A program made the translations under genes and the position numbers. From positions 233,156,069-233,220,068 of the forward strand of contig NC_052149.1 of the NCBI RefSeq assembly GCF_902713615.1: a stretch of 64,000 bases of DNA. Direction: 5' to 3'. This document shows positions 61,470 through 64,000 of the stretch, piece by piece; within the stretch, counting starts at the first letter, position 1; every line of letters starts with the position of its first letter. This stretch comes from Scyliorhinus canicula. Its lineage: Eukaryota. The notes beneath the pieces were generated by a model. The model had not been told where the DNA came from. It saw only the letters and a list, made by a program, of their open reading frames with translations, and made no database searches.

Positions 61470-61686
61470 CATCTTTGATGACATTGGTGACTATGTACCG
61501 ACAACTGCGAAGGTTGTTCGCGAAAAGGAACGTGAAAAGTACCGTGAGAAGGAGAGAGAACGAGAGCGGGAACGGGAGAGGGAAAGAGAAAGGGAAAGAG
61601 AGCGGGAACGAGAAAGGGAAAGAGAAAGGGATGAGGAGAAGAAGTCCAGACACAACTATTTCGAGAAGCCAAGAGTGGACGATGAG
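61470..61686 (+). CDS. IK: IK exon 12 (Arg-Glu repeat); the gene continues beyond the window
   Basis: ttccag|C ATC TTT GAT...GAT GAG|gtatgc; IFDDIGDYVPTTAKVVREKEREKYREKE(RE)nRDEEKKSRHNYFEKPRVDDE. Exons 1-12 sum to 1173 nt in one open frame. Confidence 0.96.
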
Positions 61687-62659
61687 GTATGCTCTAATCA
61701 CTCTGTATTAATTGTACAGCAAGCTCCAGCTTTAAAGGCAGTGAAGCTTATAATACACTCCCGGCAGTCATTCATACCTTACCTGTCTTTTCATTCATGG
61801 CCAGCAGCTGACTTGGTGGTCCTCCATGTCTTTCTGGGCTTTGATTCACTGTTTCTGTGGTGGTGGGGTGTGGTCTTGTCAGTCACTCAGCACTTTTCTG
61901 TTTCAAGATAAGCAAGAGAAAGGAATGCTGTGAGCGGGTGGGGCTATATGCTCACCCCCAACCCCTTCCCGAGCAGGGATTGATGCCCCCGTCACTCAAT
62001 GGTATGCCATTGCAGTGTTGATGTAAGCCTACTGGTGACACAAATAGATTATTATGTTGGCAGCATTCCTCGGGGAAGGAACATTAGTGCCCTTGACAGA
62101 AACTCAATGACTAACGGTGTTATTTTTGTTACAGAGCTGTGATGAAGATTAATGGGATTTTCTGTATTTATCTTTCAAGCACAGGAACATTCAGTAAAAT
62201 CTGCAAAACAGTTTCTGTGTTTTTCCAAGAGCCGTATCTATGTTACAAAATTTGAGGTCAAATTGATCATTTTAAAAGCAGCAGAGCTATTTTAATAAAC
62301 TATTGAGCTATTGATAGATTTGATTACGATGTATCTATAAGTAAACTCAGTACAGTAAAGGACATCGAGTTAACGGTTCTGAAAGGAATGGCCTAATTCT
62401 GAATGAAATGGAGAAATATAAGAATCTAAATTTTGGACGGCCTACATCTTACCGGTGTTCTTGCAAACCGCATAACTCTGGAAGTAGATAAGGCTTTAAA
62501 CTAAATAGAGGGGGATGGAGAGGGGATATATAGGCTTTCAAAGCTAAAGAATAAGGCAGCTATTTAGGTAGTGACACCGAGTCTGACACGGAGCAACAGA
62601 GTATAGGAACGTTAAAAAAGCAGCAAGTAGGGTTATAGGGGGAGAAAATTGTAAAAGGG

Positions 62660-63880
62660 AAAAATTAATGGCTCTACTTAAACCCATGTAGTATTCGGCA
62701 CAAAATAAATAAATTGTTGCCACAAATTGAGGTTAATGGGCAACAGGGAGAGGGATATATGAGGGATATAGACAGATTAAGTGAGTGGGCAAAAACATGG
62801 CAGATGGGATATAACGTTGGAAAATGTGAAGTTATGCCCTTTGACAGGAAGAATAAAGCAGCTGAATATAATTTAAATAGAGAAAGACTGCAGGAAGCTG
62901 CAGCACAGGGGGATTTGGGGGTCCTCGTGTATAAATCGCAAAAGGCTAGCGCGCGAGTTCAGTAGGTAATTAGGAAGGCAAGTCAAATGTTGCTTTTATT
63001 TTCAAGGGAATGGAGTATAAAAATAGGGATGTTTTGTTAAAACTATACAAAGCACTTGTTAGACCACACCTGGAATACTGTGAACAGTTTTGGTCCCCTT
63101 CTCTAAGGAAAGATATCCTGGCACTGGAGGCAGTCCAGAGAAGGTTCACTAGGTTGATCCCGGGTATGGGGGAATTTTCTTCTGAGGGGAGTTTGAGGAG
63201 GTTGGGCCTGTGGAAGAATGAGATGCATCGGATTCTCTGGTGGCTTGACAGGGTAGTTGCTGTGAGGTAGTTTCACCTTGTGGGAGGGTCTAGGACCAGA
63301 AGGTATCTCAAGTAAGGGGTCACTTATTTAAGACAGAGATAAGGAATTTCTTCTCTCAAGAGGGTAGTTAATCTGTGGATTTCTTTTCCGCAGAGAGCTG
63401 TAGAGGTTCGGTCATTAAGTATGTTCAAGGATGAGGTAGACTGATTTTTAATCAGTAAGGGAATCAAGGGCCAGGATTCTCCCCTACCCGGCGGGGCGGG
63501 GGTCCCGGCGTGATGGAGTAGCGTGAACCACTCCGGCGTCGGGCCGCCCCAAAGGTGCGGAAGTGGTTGGCGCTCCGCCGGCTGGCGCGAACGGCCTTTA
63601 GCGCCACGCCAGCCGGGGCTGAAAGGACTTCGCCGGCCGGCGTAAGTCCGCGCATGCGCCGGAGCGTCAGCGGCTGCTGATGTCATCCCCGCGCATGCGC
63701 GGGGGAGGGGGTCACTTCCGTCTCCGCCATGGTGAAGACCATGGCGAAGGCGGAAGGAAATGAGCACCCCCGGGGCCAGATCGAGGTGGAAAAGTGGAGT
63801 TGAGGATCATCATATCTTTCATGATGTAATTGAATGGTGTAGCAGACTCGATGGACTGAATGGCCTACTTCTGCTCCCAT
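62660..63880 (+). mobile_element. Internally deleted CR1 interrupted by a GC-rich repeat at 63468-63775
   Basis: DIDRLSEWAKTWQM, LVRPHLEYCEQFWSP. The GC-rich insert starts gggccaggattctcccc. Confidence 0.8.
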
Positions 63881-64000
63881 GCCGTCTGGAATGAAGAAGA
63901 TGGTGTTTGGCCTGTCAACCCCCTCCTTCCACATACTACCCTGACATGGACTCTGCAATCCATTTAGTCTCCTTCCACAGTTCATATTCACTCTCCCCTA

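Noticed and set aside
61687-64000. IK exon 13 (expected short PMDVDK-like exon)
   Set aside because: No matching sequence with splice sites was found; it probably lies beyond the window.

Overview
Repeat-rich vertebrate genomic DNA. The SINE, LINE and Penelope-like repeat families point to a cartilaginous fish, probably a shark (inference). Gene content: the probable 3' end of TMCO6 (+), the complete three-exon NDUFA2 (-, 103 aa), and exons 1-12 of IK/RED (+, 391 codons, continuing past the window). NDUFA2 and IK are head-to-head, with 420 bp between their ATGs across a CpG/CCAAT-rich bidirectional promoter. Introns and intergenic DNA hold a full-length TSD-flanked L1-clade element, truncated L1s, CR1/L2/Rex1 fragments, many tRNA-derived SINEs, a hAT MITE and GC-rich repeats. 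Main observations: (1) tiny TSD-flanked insertions carrying minimal type I hammerhead ribozyme motifs, one intact in the sense strand of IK intron 8 and one with a compensatory U3-A8 core; (2) mirror-image 33-bp minisatellite arrays bracketing the bidirectional promoter; (3) an exact 173-bp copy of most of IK exon 2 with its donor, a potential poison exon; (4) a U12-like IK intron 11 with a G-rich minisatellite at its 5' end and a triplicated branch/acceptor region at its 3' end. Exon and TSD coordinates were counted by hand; boundaries of old repeats are approximate.
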